DNA of 64,000 bases from Dehalococcoidia bacterium (GCA_965208665.1 CBDBPH010000001.1:131045-195044), one strand, 5' to 3'. Shown: positions 44,408 through 54,468, counted from the stretch's first letter. The notes: generated from the sequence alone by a model not told the origin. A program made the numbers and translations.

Positions 44408-47032
44408 ATGGCGACGATCACGATCAATGGACGGTCGGTTGAGGCCGAGGTTGGCGCTCCGCTGGTCGAGGTGATCAAGAACGCCGGCTTCGAGATCTCC
44501 AACCTCTGCTACGTCGACGGCCTGGCTCCGTACGCCGGTTGCCGCACCTGCGCGGTCGAGGTCGAGGGGATGCGCGGACTGCCGCTGTCCTGTACGACGA
44601 CGGTGATGGACGGCATGGTCGTGCGCACCGACACGCCCGAGGTGACCGAGATGCGCCAGGAGGTCCTGGCGGTCATCCTGGCCAACCACTCCGATCGCTG
44701 CCTGACCTGTCACCGAGTCGAGCATTGCCGGACCGGCGAGATCTGTCTACGCGACAACGAGGTCACGCACCGCTGCGTGACCTGCTCGAAGAACTACCGC
44801 TGCGAGCTTCAAACGACGTGCGACGCTGCCGATGTAGGCCGCGCCAACGTTGAGCCGTACATTGATGAGGCGCGCACCTACTACCGCTTCCAGCAGCCGG
44901 AGCCCGACCGGGCGAACCCGTTCTTCGAGTTTGACCCGCAGATGTGCATCATCTGTACGCGTTGCGTCCGCGCCTGCGACGACCTGCGCCACACGACAGC
45001 GATCACGCTGGCCGGGCGCGGATTCTCGACGCGGATCGCGTTCGGCGCGGGCGGACAGATTCACGAATCGAACTGCGATTTCTGCGGTGCGTGCATTGAT
45101 GTCTGTCCGACAGCGACGCTGATGGAAGCGCCGAACAAGTGGGTGGCACGACCCGATCGCTGGGTCACGACGACCTGCACCGAGTGCTCGATGGGCTGCA
45201 CGATCCAGATGGGGGTCCGGGACGGCCGCGGGATCCAGGTACGGCCGGGCAACGGCAATGACGTTTCGCGCTCGCAGATCTGTGTGCGGGGACGCTTCGG
45301 GTACGACCAGACGCGAGACAAGGATCGCCTGCGTGCTGCGTCGATTGGCCGCGGCGAGGACGCGTTCGAGCAGGATGGCGATGCGGTGGTCGAGCATGCA
45401 GCGGCGGCGATTTCGGCGATCCTGGAATCGAATGGGCCGGCGGCGGTGGGCGTACTCGGTTCGGGCCAGATGACGCTCGAAGAGCTCTACGCCGTGAAGA
45501 CGCTGGCGACTCGGCTTGGGGTGACGAATCTCGACTCGTCGCTGGGGCCGGTGACGGCGGCGATCGGCGACGCGTTGAATGACGCCTTCGGGTCGGAGCA
45601 CTTGCCATCGCGCCTTACGTCGGTCGAGACGGCTGACTTGATCATTGCCATCGGCGACGACATCTCGGCCTCGAACAATGTGCTGGGCGTACGGATCAAG
45701 GACGCCGTGGCCAACAGCGGCGCATCATTAATCAGCATCTCGTCGCGACGCAACCCGCTGGCCGAGTATGCAGTCGACGACGACCACACACTTCATCCCG
45801 CTGACGGCGACCTCGCGGGCGTCGCCCAGGCCCTGGCGACTGCTGTGGTCAAGGATCTCGATATTCGGACGGCGCTGACTGAGATTGACGGGCTGTCGGA
45901 TGTGAGCGGCTCGGTTGAGGGCATTGACGCTGCGTCCGCAACCGTGCTGCGTCGACGCGGCGGTTCGGTCGCGATCGTGGTGGCGCCGTCACGCTCGAAC
46001 TCCGCACAGGCGGGCGCTCAGGTTCGGGCGGCCGCCAACCTGGCGATCGCTCTGGCCGGCCCGGCCGACGCTCCCGCATCGCTACATGTACTCCCGCCGG
46101 AGTCGAATTCCGTCGGACTTCGAGACCTCGGCATCGTCCCTGGCGCCGGCGGGCTGGACGTCTCCGGGATGCTGCAGGCGGCGCGCGATGGCAGCCTCAA
46201 GGCGCTCATCGTCGCCCGTGACAACCCGGTGCTGCTGCACCCGGACCGGGCAGGCACGATCGCCGCGCTGGAGAGCCTGGACGCGCTGGTCGTGATCGAC
46301 GAGGTTGCGACGGAGACGGTGGAGCGCGCGACGCACGTGATGCCAGACGTCTCGGCGTTCGGCAAGGACGGGCACATCACCAACGCCGACCGTCAGATCC
46401 TTCGTCTGCGCAGCGCGACGGTCGAGCAACGCAACGCGCGCGGCCTGGGCGACTGGCTGCATTCGCTGGCCGAGCGGCTTCCGGCGGTTGAGACTCCAAC
46501 AACCAACGAGGATGGCGAACCGGGCGAGCCGGTTCCCGCGCCGAGCCAGCCGCAGAACGTGCGCGAGGCTCGAACGGCGTTGGCGGCATCCGACAGCCGT
46601 TATGCGTCGTTGGACGAGCCGGGCGCGACGCAGACACGCATGCCGGTCAACGGGGCGGCGACGCAGCGCTTCCTGGCGGTTCCTTCGACCGGCGCGACGA
46701 ATGGCGACGATTCGCTGACGCTGCTTATGGGCCGCGACCTATACACCGATCGCCTCAGCGCGGCTCGGGGTGATGTCAATGCCGATCTGTTGCACCGCTC
46801 GGAGGGCGTGCAGATCAATCCCGCAGACGCTGCAACGCGGGGGATCGAAGAGGGCTCGGCGGTCAGTGTGTCGGCGAACGGAACGCAGATCATCCTGACA
46901 GCCGAGATCACCGAGGACGTGCCCGCGGGCGCGGTCTGGACCTCCAGCCTGGCCCAGCGCGGCGCGGTGCAGTCGGTGCAGTCAGCCGACGCAGAGCGTC
47001 TGGCATCTGTCGGCGTGGCGTCAGCGGAATAG
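44408..47032 (+). CDS. nuoG: NuoG/Nqo3-like molybdopterin-oxidoreductase-fold Fe-S subunit (NADH dehydrogenase 75-kDa subunit family; a formate-dehydrogenase-alpha-like assignment cannot be excluded)
   Basis: N-terminal 2Fe-2S ferredoxin (CRTCAVEVEG), His-Cys3 and 4Fe-4S clusters (CIICTRCVRACDD, CDFCGACIDVCP), MopB-type CTECSMGC, ~870 aa. Confidence 0.65.
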   Translation: MATITINGRSVEAEVGAPLVEVIKNAGFEISNLCYVDGLAPYAGCRTCAVEVEGMRGLPLSCTTTVMDGMVVRTDTPEVTEMRQEVLAVILANHSDRCLTCHRVEHCRTGEICLRDNEVTHRCVTCSKNYRCELQTTCDAADVGRANVEPYIDEARTYYRFQQPEPDRANPFFEFDPQMCIICTRCVRACDDLRHTTAITLAGRGFSTRIAFGAGGQIHESNCDFCGACIDVCPTATLMEAPNKWVARPDRWVTTTCTECSMGCTIQMGVRDGRGIQVRPGNGNDVSRSQICVRGRFGYDQTRDKDRLRAASIGRGEDAFEQDGDAVVEHAAAAISAILESNGPAAVGVLGSGQMTLEELYAVKTLATRLGVTNLDSSLGPVTAAIGDALNDAFGSEHLPSRLTSVETADLIIAIGDDISASNNVLGVRIKDAVANSGASLISISSRRNPLAEYAVDDDHTLHPADGDLAGVAQALATAVVKDLDIRTALTEIDGLSDVSGSVEGIDAASATVLRRRGGSVAIVVAPSRSNSAQAGAQVRAAANLAIALAGPADAPASLHVLPPESNSVGLRDLGIVPGAGGLDVSGMLQAARDGSLKALIVARDNPVLLHPDRAGTIAALESLDALVVIDEVATETVERATHVMPDVSAFGKDGHITNADRQILRLRSATVEQRNARGLGDWLHSLAERLPAVETPTTNEDGEPGEPVPAPSQPQNVREARTALAASDSRYASLDEPGATQTRMPVNGAATQRFLAVPSTGATNGDDSLTLLMGRDLYTDRLSAARGDVNADLLHRSEGVQINPADAATRGIEEGSAVSVSANGTQIILTAEITEDVPAGAVWTSSLAQRGAVQSVQSADAERLASVGVASAE

Positions 47033-47040
47033 GCGACGAC

Positions 47041-47063
47041 GCCCGTCCGGGGCCCTTTTCGCG
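47041..47063 (+). terminator. weak putative intrinsic terminator after nuoG-like gene
   Basis: GCCC-gtccg-GGGC hairpin followed by CCTTTTCG, 9 nt after the stop. Confidence 0.3.
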
Positions 47064-47199
47064 CCTGCGACGTCACGCCGGCATTAATCGATCTACCCTA
47101 GTCCTAACGCCCTTCTGACCCCTCTAGAGAGGCTAGGAGACCCGAGGCAGTTAGCCAGTAGACATCGTTCGCCTATCACATTCCCGAATCGATTCCGCC

Positions 47200-48456
47200 A
47201 TGACGTTGCAACATCCCGATCCTCCCTTCGCTCCTCCTCGCGGACACCACGTATTCATCGATGGTCCGTCTATTGACGGCACGCTGGGCCGCGTGATCGG
47301 TCAACCGCCGGGACCAGACACGCGACCGGACTGGCGCCGGCTCGAATCCTTCGTCAAGCAGAATTGCGGTCCGGCTCCGTACACGGCCACGTTCGTCTTC
47401 TGGGCCCCCGGACAGCAGGGATTCATGCATTTCCTGCAATCGTCCGGATTCATGATCGCGCTCGGCGATCGCTTCGTCCCCGGTCAGAGTTGCGCGGATT
47501 TGATTCGCGAGCGCGTCGGCCGTCTGAACGACGCAGCGCTGGCGGAGCAGGAGTGGCAGATCATCGTCGGCACACACAACGAGGATCTGATCGCCGACCT
47601 GCCTCGACTCGCCGATCAGGCGGACCGGGTCAGCGTGTTCGGCTTCACCGAGTTCTTCCCGGACGCGCCGGAACTTGAAGACCAGATCGACTTCTACGAC
47701 ATTGAGGACGACGCCCAACTCTTTCGGTCGCCCTTACCGCGGGTCGAGTTTGAAGACGATGGCGAGGCACTCTTTGAGGCTGATCCCTCCGCGCCGTTTC
47801 AACCGCACCTGGTCGAGCCGCAGGCGCTGGAGCAGCCGGCCGCTCCGCCGACATTCCAACGGCTGGAGAGCGAAGGGGTTCGCGACTTCTACCTGATCGT
47901 TGACGGTCGCAGCATCGAGAAGGAACTCGGGGAGATCCTCGGCGAGAAGCCGAATCCGGGGACGCGACCGGACTGGGGGACGGTGCTCGACTTCGCGCGC
48001 AGCCGATCACAATCCGCCGACGGCGACGTCCGGGCGTTGTTTGCGCACATCGCTCCCGGTCATGCGGGATTTCGGCGCGCGCTGAAGGATCTGGGGTACA
48101 CGTCCAGTCCGGTACGGCCGGACGACTCGCAGCCGATGCGACCTGTCGTAGAGGAGTTCATCTGTGGGCTCCTGGGAGCCAAGACGCTGAGCGGGGACAA
48201 CGGCGAAGCACCCGACATCATGGTGCTGGGGCACGGACCGGCCATGTTCGAGGCTCTGAGCAGCATCCCCGACCGCGGCCAACGGCTCTGCGCGTTGGGG
48301 TTTCCCGAGCGTATGCCTCCCGTCGAGTTTTATCCGCGGATCGAGCAGCTCGACATCGAACGGGACGCGCAGGCGTTTGGCGCGGAGTTGCCGCGTGAGT
48401 TCGGAGTTGACGTGGACGACTTCGATCCGGACGAAGAGCTGGCCAAGCTGTTTTAG
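47200..48456 (+). CDS. tandem NYN (LabA-like PIN-fold) domain protein
   Basis: Two homologous halves: HVFIDGPSIDGTLGRVIGQPPGPDTRPDWRRLESFV... and FYLIVDGRSIEKELGEILGEKPNPGTRPDWGTVLDFA...; each has the NYN-type Asp-Gly opening and downstream acidic residues. Confidence 0.55.
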   Translation: MTLQHPDPPFAPPRGHHVFIDGPSIDGTLGRVIGQPPGPDTRPDWRRLESFVKQNCGPAPYTATFVFWAPGQQGFMHFLQSSGFMIALGDRFVPGQSCADLIRERVGRLNDAALAEQEWQIIVGTHNEDLIADLPRLADQADRVSVFGFTEFFPDAPELEDQIDFYDIEDDAQLFRSPLPRVEFEDDGEALFEADPSAPFQPHLVEPQALEQPAAPPTFQRLESEGVRDFYLIVDGRSIEKELGEILGEKPNPGTRPDWGTVLDFARSRSQSADGDVRALFAHIAPGHAGFRRALKDLGYTSSPVRPDDSQPMRPVVEEFICGLLGAKTLSGDNGEAPDIMVLGHGPAMFEALSSIPDRGQRLCALGFPERMPPVEFYPRIEQLDIERDAQAFGAELPREFGVDVDDFDPDEELAKLF

Positions 48457-48468
48457 CGGCGCGGTGAG

Positions 48469-49629
48469 CTACAGGTCGAACGGCAGGGCGCTGCCGATGG
48501 CGAATGTGATTCCCGCGAATACGACGCCGACGAAGACTGATCGAGCGGCGGAGTAGAGCGGGTTGCGGCTGGTGACGAGCGAGGTGAACAGCCCGGCGAT
48601 AGCGAGTGTGACGATGCTGGCGACGACGCCGGCGACGAGCGCCCAGTAGTTGACCGTCCAGTCGGCCGCGTGCCAGAGCAGGAATGGGATGAGCGGAATC
48701 AACGCGCCGAACGAGAACGACATGAACGAACTCGCGGCGGCCTTCCAGGGATTGGCGAGACCTTCCGGATCGAGCCCGAGTTCTTCGCGGACCATAGTGT
48801 CGACCAGGGCGTCGGGCTTCTGCGCTAGCTCGGCGGCGACCTGTTCGGCCAGTCCCTGGGAGAGTCCCTTGGCTCGGTAGATGCTGATCAGCTCGCGCCG
48901 CTCCTCGCCCGGATCGAGCAGCACTTCGTCGCGCTCCATCGCGATCTGGCGCTGTAGCACCTCGGACTGGCTGCGAACGGAAATGTACTCACCGCCTGCC
49001 ATGGAGAATGCGCCGGCGAGCCAACCGCCGATCCCGGCAACCAGCACGGCTTCGGAGCCGATGGCGACGCCGGCAACGCCGGCGATCAGGGCGAGATTGG
49101 AGACGATCCCGTCGTTGAGACCGAACAGCGCGGCGCGAAAGGTCGAGGCGCCCTTTGCGCCGACGCCGGCATGGCCTTCGCCGATCGCTCCCTCGGCGCC
49201 GAACTGCGGGGCCAGCTCCGCGAGGGTCGCTCGGTGCTCTCGTTCCTCCTCGGCGAGGCCACCTGAATCGGGATCGGCGACGTAGCGTTGGATATCGGTG
49301 AGTTCTTCGCGGCGGAGCTGGGAGATGATGTAGCCGAGGCCGAAGACACGTGCCTCGAACGCCATCAGCCGAACGCGCAACGACGGATGATGCGCCTCGA
49401 CGTACGCGGTCGGTTCGTTGTCGCCGAGCAGCGAGATCCAGTGGGCCGCGTGCTCGCGCTCCGATTCGGCCATGCTGCGCAAGACCGTGCCGGGTTGGGG
49501 GTCGCTCATGCCGGCCAGGCGGTCGTAGAGCCAGGCTGCATCGAGCTCGTCGCCGATCATCTCACGCAGACGCTCGATCCGCTCATCGGTGAGCGGCACG
49601 TGGGTCTGAGGCTGCTCCATGGTCGCCAT
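48469..49629 (-). CDS. ferritin-like (rubrerythrin/Er-type) domain fused to VIT1/CCC1 iron transporter
   Basis: N-terminal di-iron helix bundle with ExxH pairs (ESEREHAAHW, EEEREHRATL); C-terminal VIT1 signature ALFGLNDGIVSNLALIAGVAG and 3 further TM helices. Confidence 0.7.
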   Translation of the reverse strand: MATMEQPQTHVPLTDERIERLREMIGDELDAAWLYDRLAGMSDPQPGTVLRSMAESEREHAAHWISLLGDNEPTAYVEAHHPSLRVRLMAFEARVFGLGYIISQLRREELTDIQRYVADPDSGGLAEEEREHRATLAELAPQFGAEGAIGEGHAGVGAKGASTFRAALFGLNDGIVSNLALIAGVAGVAIGSEAVLVAGIGGWLAGAFSMAGGEYISVRSQSEVLQRQIAMERDEVLLDPGEERRELISIYRAKGLSQGLAEQVAAELAQKPDALVDTMVREELGLDPEGLANPWKAAASSFMSFSFGALIPLIPFLLWHAADWTVNYWALVAGVVASIVTLAIAGLFTSLVTSRNPLYSAARSVFVGVVFAGITFAIGSALPFDL

Positions 49630-49727
49630 GCGGCCAGTGTATCCCGCTACACCGGGCATTCCTCGGTATGCGCGATGATCAGCACGTAGCAGCGGGAACG
49701 ACACAGACCTACTACGGAGCCGGCGCC

Positions 49728-50597
49728 ATGCTCAAGTTGGGATTGCCCAAGGGATCGCTCGAAGCGTCCACATTCGATCTGTTTCGGCGCGCCGGGTTTC
49801 ATGTGTCGGTCAACTCGCGCTCATACTTCCCGGAGATCGATGACGAGAGCATCAGTTGCACGATGTTCCGCGCGCAGGAAATGGCGCGTTACGTCGAGGA
49901 CGGCGTGGTGGACATGGGAATCACGGGCCACGACTGGGTGGTCGAGACGGGAGCGGACGTCGTCGAGGTTGCGGAGATGACCTACAGCAAGGCCACCAGC
50001 CGACCGGCTCGCTGGGTGCTGGCGGTCCCGGCCGAATCGCATGTCCAGGAGATCGAGCAGCTCGAGGGGGGCGTGATCGCTACGGAACTGGTCCGCACGA
50101 CGCGTCAGTACTTCGAGCAACGCGGCATTGATGTGCGAGTCGAGTTCAGCTGGGGCGCGACCGAGGTCAAGGCGCGAATCATCGACGCGATCGTTGACGT
50201 GACGGAGACCGGCTCGTCGCTGCGAGCCAACAACCTGCGCGTGATCGCGGAAGTGCTTGAGAGCACGGCTCGTCTGATCGCGAACAAGGACGCCTGGGCC
50301 GATCCGCAGCGGCGGGAGAAGATTGAAGCGATCAACACGCTGCTGCAGGGCGCGATTGCGGCGACGAGCAAGGTCGGGCTCAAGCTCAACACGCCTCAGG
50401 AGCGGCTGGAGGACGTGCTCGCCATCATCGGCAAATTCGGCGAGCACGCCCCCACGATCAGTCCGCTGATCGACAGCTCATGGGTTGCGCTGGAGATTAT
50501 TCTCGATGAGCGCCAGGAGCGAGAGATGATCCCCGAACTGCGCCGTGCCGGCGCCAGCGGCCTGGTCAGCTACCCGCTGAACAAGGTCATCTCTTAA
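49728..50597 (+). CDS. hisG: ATP phosphoribosyltransferase, long form with C-terminal regulatory domain
   Basis: MLKLGLPKGSLE..., TGSSLRANNL (PRPP-binding), C-terminus LVSYPLNKVIS. Confidence 0.85.
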   Translation: MLKLGLPKGSLEASTFDLFRRAGFHVSVNSRSYFPEIDDESISCTMFRAQEMARYVEDGVVDMGITGHDWVVETGADVVEVAEMTYSKATSRPARWVLAVPAESHVQEIEQLEGGVIATELVRTTRQYFEQRGIDVRVEFSWGATEVKARIIDAIVDVTETGSSLRANNLRVIAEVLESTARLIANKDAWADPQRREKIEAINTLLQGAIAATSKVGLKLNTPQERLEDVLAIIGKFGEHAPTISPLIDSSWVALEIILDERQEREMIPELRRAGASGLVSYPLNKVIS

Positions 50598-53099
50598 GCC
50601 CGGGCCCCGCTCGAGTTCGGCGCTGCCCAGCCAGGCGTTGACCGGAGCGTCCTGCGGCACGAGCCATCGCATCGTGGACTCCATGTCGGCACCACTGGGC
50701 ACATAGGTAGCCTGCACGAGGCCGTTGCTGAGGCGGCGCGCGTAGATCCGTCCGAGCTCCTCGCCCTCGTGAGTCACCGGCGCGGTGCGCAGCCATACGT
50801 CGGCAGGAGCGTCAACGCGCAGTGTTCGCCGGCCTGGGAGCGATCGGTCGCCATTGGAGAGATCGGCCGCGAATTCGACCCGTCCATCCCCAAGAACGCG
50901 GGCGAGCAGTCGGGTGGCGGTCACGACTGCGGGAGCCGGGGGAGCCACTTCGACTTCCGGCTCGGGGATAGCCGGATTCGAGTCCAGACCGAGACCGGTG
51001 AGCAACAGATCGTGATCCTCACTGGCGGTCGCCGCGCCACAATAGGCGCGATCCAGCATGCCGCCATAGATCGGCGACTGTAGGCGCAACGCGCCGTCGG
51101 AGAAGGCAAGTGCGCTGGCGTCGACACCGCAGTCGATGCCGGCGGCGAAGCTGTTAAGGCCAGCTGCGACCTCAGGGTCATTCCAACCGTCCTCGGCGTC
51201 CCGCTTCGCCAACACCAGGACGGCGGCTTCGACCAGTCGGGCATCAACGTGCTGGGCGAACGCCAGCTGGGCCTGAATGTCCAGCGCCTCGTCCGGCGAG
51301 ATCACCCGGTCCTCGTTCAGCAATATCGCCCAGTCGCGTGTGAACTGTTCGATTCGGCGTGCCGCGGCCTCGCCAGCCAGCACAACGATCTCTTCAGCGG
51401 CTTCGGCGCTCTGGAAGTGCTGTGTGTCGAATCGGGCGTTGATGAGCGTCTCACTGTGCGCCGAGGTGAGTGTCGCAACCAACGCGTCGAGCGTTGGAGC
51501 CGACGGCATCGCAACTTCGGATATCGGCAATCCGCCTCGCCCAACGAGGGAGAAGAGGGATTCCGCCTGCGCGTTCAGAGAGTCGAGGGTCGAACCGAAG
51601 TCGCCGAGTACCTGCGTCCGCACGCCGGCGGCGTAGGTGGCCAGGGCGGTGATTTCCGGATCGAGACCCTCGTCCTCGTCTGACTCGGAGTCGTCGGAGG
51701 CTTCCTCAGTCTGGTCGGTTGTGTCGGTTGCGTCGGTCGCTTCTTGTTCTACCTCCGCCGCCGGAGTGACGGTCGTCTCAACGTCGCCATCCTCGGCGGC
51801 GATCGCCGATACCTGGTACTCGACGCCATCGACGTTGACGTTCACTGGATCGAACTCGAAGCCGGTGAGCACCATAATCGGCCGCGCCAGGGCGTGAAAC
51901 GAGAGGGTCTCGAAGTCGTCGTTGATGACGGCGACCATCAGCATCACATCGGTAGGTCCGGTGCGCCACCTGAACAATCCCTCAAAGGGATGGAGCCGAG
52001 ACGTGGACTGGCTCCCGAATGCCTGGAGGGCCTCGTCGGAGTGGTAGGAGGCGCCCACGGGCAAGAGTTCCTCATCTCCGTCCAGGACATCGATCCAGGG
52101 AGTCCGCCAGGTGTCGATGTACGGCCAGCGGACTTGCACCCGAATTCTGGCATCGGGGTCGAGCGTAGAAAGTGGCTCGTCGCCCAGGTTGCCCACCCGG
52201 TAGTTGATGGTGAACGGCAGGCCGAGGACAACACGGTCGGGCGCGTCGATCGCCTCCAGTTTGACGATCGGGCCGTCCGCAGCTGCCGCGATGGTGAGCT
52301 CGAACTCGGCTGCGATCAGCCCCTTGAGGTCGCGATCACCCCAGTTGGTCGCCTCGATCATGTACGTGCCGGCGCCGAGGAATCGCTCGATCCGTGAGTT
52401 GTATCCAACGCCGCCGTCGTCGTCGGACTCAAGCAAAGCCCCGTCGTCGTTCAGGAGATACACGTAGGCGTCGGCCAGTTCTGATGTCAGATCAATCCGA
52501 ATGCGACGGTTGTCGGTCAACTCGAAGCGGTAGCGCTGCCCGGCGCGATCGGGTCGGTAGTCGGATTCGCATCCGAAGTGTGACCACTCGCCCGTCGTGT
52601 TGAGCGTGTCCATGAGCACGCCCAGGTCGACCACCTCGAGGCAGCCATCGACGACACGAATGCTGAGCTCAAAGGCGCCGCCCTCGCGCTCTGACCAGCC
52701 GAGGGCGCTGACCTCGAGTTGGTAGGTGCCGGCTGCGAGCGCGCGCTCGATACGGGCGTTGTTGCCCGCGCCGGTGTCGTCATCGGCCTCAATCAACCGC
52801 CCATCCTCGGCGAGGAGATAGAGGAGGGCGTCCCGTTCGGGCGAACTCACGTCGATCCTGACCTCGGCCTCTTCGGCGATGGAAAAGGTGAACGATTGGC
52901 CAGGCCGACTGTCGAGGAACTGCGATTGGTCGCAATCGTCGGCCGACCACGCGCCACTGACGGTCAGCACATCAGCCAGTTCGCCCAGTGCGGTCGGCGC
53001 GGGACAGCCGGGTGATTGCTCCTGGGCACGAGCGGACCCCCATCCGGTGAACACCACATAGACCAACAGCAATGCCAACGCAGCCGGGAGTACTCGCAT
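50478..53099 (-). CDS. large secreted protein with two N-terminal PPC (pre-peptidase C-terminal)-like beta-sandwich domains, acidic linker, and C-terminal domain of unknown function
   Basis: Signal peptide MRVLPAALALLLVYVVFTG; repeated AGTYQLEVSAL...GAFELSI / GAGTYMIEATNWG...AEFELTI PPC-like modules; D/E/T-rich linker; 3' end overlaps hisG by 120 nt. Confidence 0.5.
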   Translation of the reverse strand: MRVLPAALALLLVYVVFTGWGSARAQEQSPGCPAPTALGELADVLTVSGAWSADDCDQSQFLDSRPGQSFTFSIAEEAEVRIDVSSPERDALLYLLAEDGRLIEADDDTGAGNNARIERALAAGTYQLEVSALGWSEREGGAFELSIRVVDGCLEVVDLGVLMDTLNTTGEWSHFGCESDYRPDRAGQRYRFELTDNRRIRIDLTSELADAYVYLLNDDGALLESDDDGGVGYNSRIERFLGAGTYMIEATNWGDRDLKGLIAAEFELTIAAAADGPIVKLEAIDAPDRVVLGLPFTINYRVGNLGDEPLSTLDPDARIRVQVRWPYIDTWRTPWIDVLDGDEELLPVGASYHSDEALQAFGSQSTSRLHPFEGLFRWRTGPTDVMLMVAVINDDFETLSFHALARPIMVLTGFEFDPVNVNVDGVEYQVSAIAAEDGDVETTVTPAAEVEQEATDATDTTDQTEEASDDSESDEDEGLDPEITALATYAAGVRTQVLGDFGSTLDSLNAQAESLFSLVGRGGLPISEVAMPSAPTLDALVATLTSAHSETLINARFDTQHFQSAEAAEEIVVLAGEAAARRIEQFTRDWAILLNEDRVISPDEALDIQAQLAFAQHVDARLVEAAVLVLAKRDAEDGWNDPEVAAGLNSFAAGIDCGVDASALAFSDGALRLQSPIYGGMLDRAYCGAATASEDHDLLLTGLGLDSNPAIPEPEVEVAPPAPAVVTATRLLARVLGDGRVEFAADLSNGDRSLPGRRTLRVDAPADVWLRTAPVTHEGEELGRIYARRLSNGLVQATYVPSGADMESTMRWLVPQDAPVNAWLGSAELERGPGLRDDLVQRVADQAAGAGTAQFGDHLSLLALIENNLQRNP

Positions 53100-53207
53100 C
53101 GGAGGATCCTATCGATATGCCTTATGTCCGCAACACATGCTATCCCCACCTCGTGGCGAGCACGATATGGCCAGCGGGATCACGATCCCTGCCGAGAACT
53201 CTTGCTC

Positions 53208-54353
53208 CTACTGATCGTCCTCGTCAGGAGGTGCGGGTTCCTCCGCGGGAGGTTCGGGCTCCTCAGGCGGAGGCAGCGGACGGAAGCGATCGGGGACGTC
53301 GTGGCGGGGGTCGTCGTCGAAATCGCTCCAGCAATCGATTTGGCCGTCGTTGGTGATGGCGCAAGCGGCCTGAGCGCCGAACAGCCGCACGTAGGAGCGG
53401 GCAGCGGTGGTTTCCTCGTCGGGGCCGCCTTCGAAGAGGATGGTGAAGGGGATGGCCCAGTACTGGAATCGGATGCGGTCCGGAGGGCAGAAGTCGATCT
53501 CCGGAGCGATCAGGTCCAAACAGTGGTGGAAGGTCTGGCGACACTGGATGGAGCCGTCGTCGAGGATTGCGCAGCCTTGCGATCCAAGCAGGTGGACATT
53601 GCGGAACAGCTGCGTGTACGGCTGGGGCGGGCCCGGAGCGGTGCGAGCCTGAGCCGTGCGGCAGCGCACGTCGCCAGCGGCGGTTACTCCGCATAGGCCG
53701 TTACCGCTGGGAGCGATGGAGACGAAGGGGCCGGCATCGGAAACGAACCGGTCGATGGTCAGGTCGCCCCAGCAGGTCGTGCTGCCTTCGGAATCGAGGG
53801 CACAGAATTCTCGGCCGGTGTTGATCAGCTCGACGAAGTTGTCGGCGTCCGGGGCGGCTCGGTGAGGTTGTAGCAGCCCCCAACAGTCGATTTCGCCCTG
53901 AGCCGTGAGTGCGCAGGCGTAGTGTCGCCAGGGATGAACGACGATCTGGACGAGATCGGTACGGTCCGGGGGAACAAGCTGAGCAAGACCGACGAAGTGG
54001 AGGTCGGCTTCGGGGTCGCGGGCCAGGAGTCCGTCGATCTTGGCCTGCACGGACGCGTAGGTGACGCCCCAGCAGACGGCGGCGCCTTTTGTGGAAATGG
54101 CGCAGGCGTCATTCGGTCCGATGCTGAGGTCCGTAAAGGCGCCCTGCGGAACGTCCTGGACGAGGGGGATGTCGAATCCCCAGCAAGCGATCTCGCCGCT
54201 GTCCAACAGGGCGCAGGCGGCGGTCGGGCTGATGTCGATCTCGACGGGCGTCTCGGCGCGGGCCGGTGCAGCGAGGAGCAAGACGAGCAGCAATATGGCG
54301 GCGAGCGGTATGAGGACGCGGATGACGTAACGGAGCGGTGGCATGAGAAGCAT
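53208..54353 (-). CDS. secreted RCC1-like beta-propeller repeat protein with acidic Pro/Glu-rich C-terminal tail
   Basis: ATG at 54353 gives signal peptide MLLMPPLRYVIRVLIPLAAILLLVLLLAAPARA. Seven repeats of h-C-A-h-x-x-x-G-x-h-x-C-W-G (ACALLDSGEIACWG, ACAISTKGAAVCWG, ACALTAQGEIDCWG, FCALDSEGSTTCWG, ...). Confidence 0.5.
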   Translation of the reverse strand: MLLMPPLRYVIRVLIPLAAILLLVLLLAAPARAETPVEIDISPTAACALLDSGEIACWGFDIPLVQDVPQGAFTDLSIGPNDACAISTKGAAVCWGVTYASVQAKIDGLLARDPEADLHFVGLAQLVPPDRTDLVQIVVHPWRHYACALTAQGEIDCWGLLQPHRAAPDADNFVELINTGREFCALDSEGSTTCWGDLTIDRFVSDAGPFVSIAPSGNGLCGVTAAGDVRCRTAQARTAPGPPQPYTQLFRNVHLLGSQGCAILDDGSIQCRQTFHHCLDLIAPEIDFCPPDRIRFQYWAIPFTILFEGGPDEETTAARSYVRLFGAQAACAITNDGQIDCWSDFDDDPRHDVPDRFRPLPPPEEPEPPAEEPAPPDEDDQ

Positions 54354-54468
54354 CTTCGCGGTGGTTGCGAGCAAGATAGAGGAGCGCGAACGGGTTGTTG
54401 TGGGCCGCTGGAGCGTCAGCAGGCGTCGGCTACGATCGCGGCACGATACAGCGTGATTGGAATACGAG

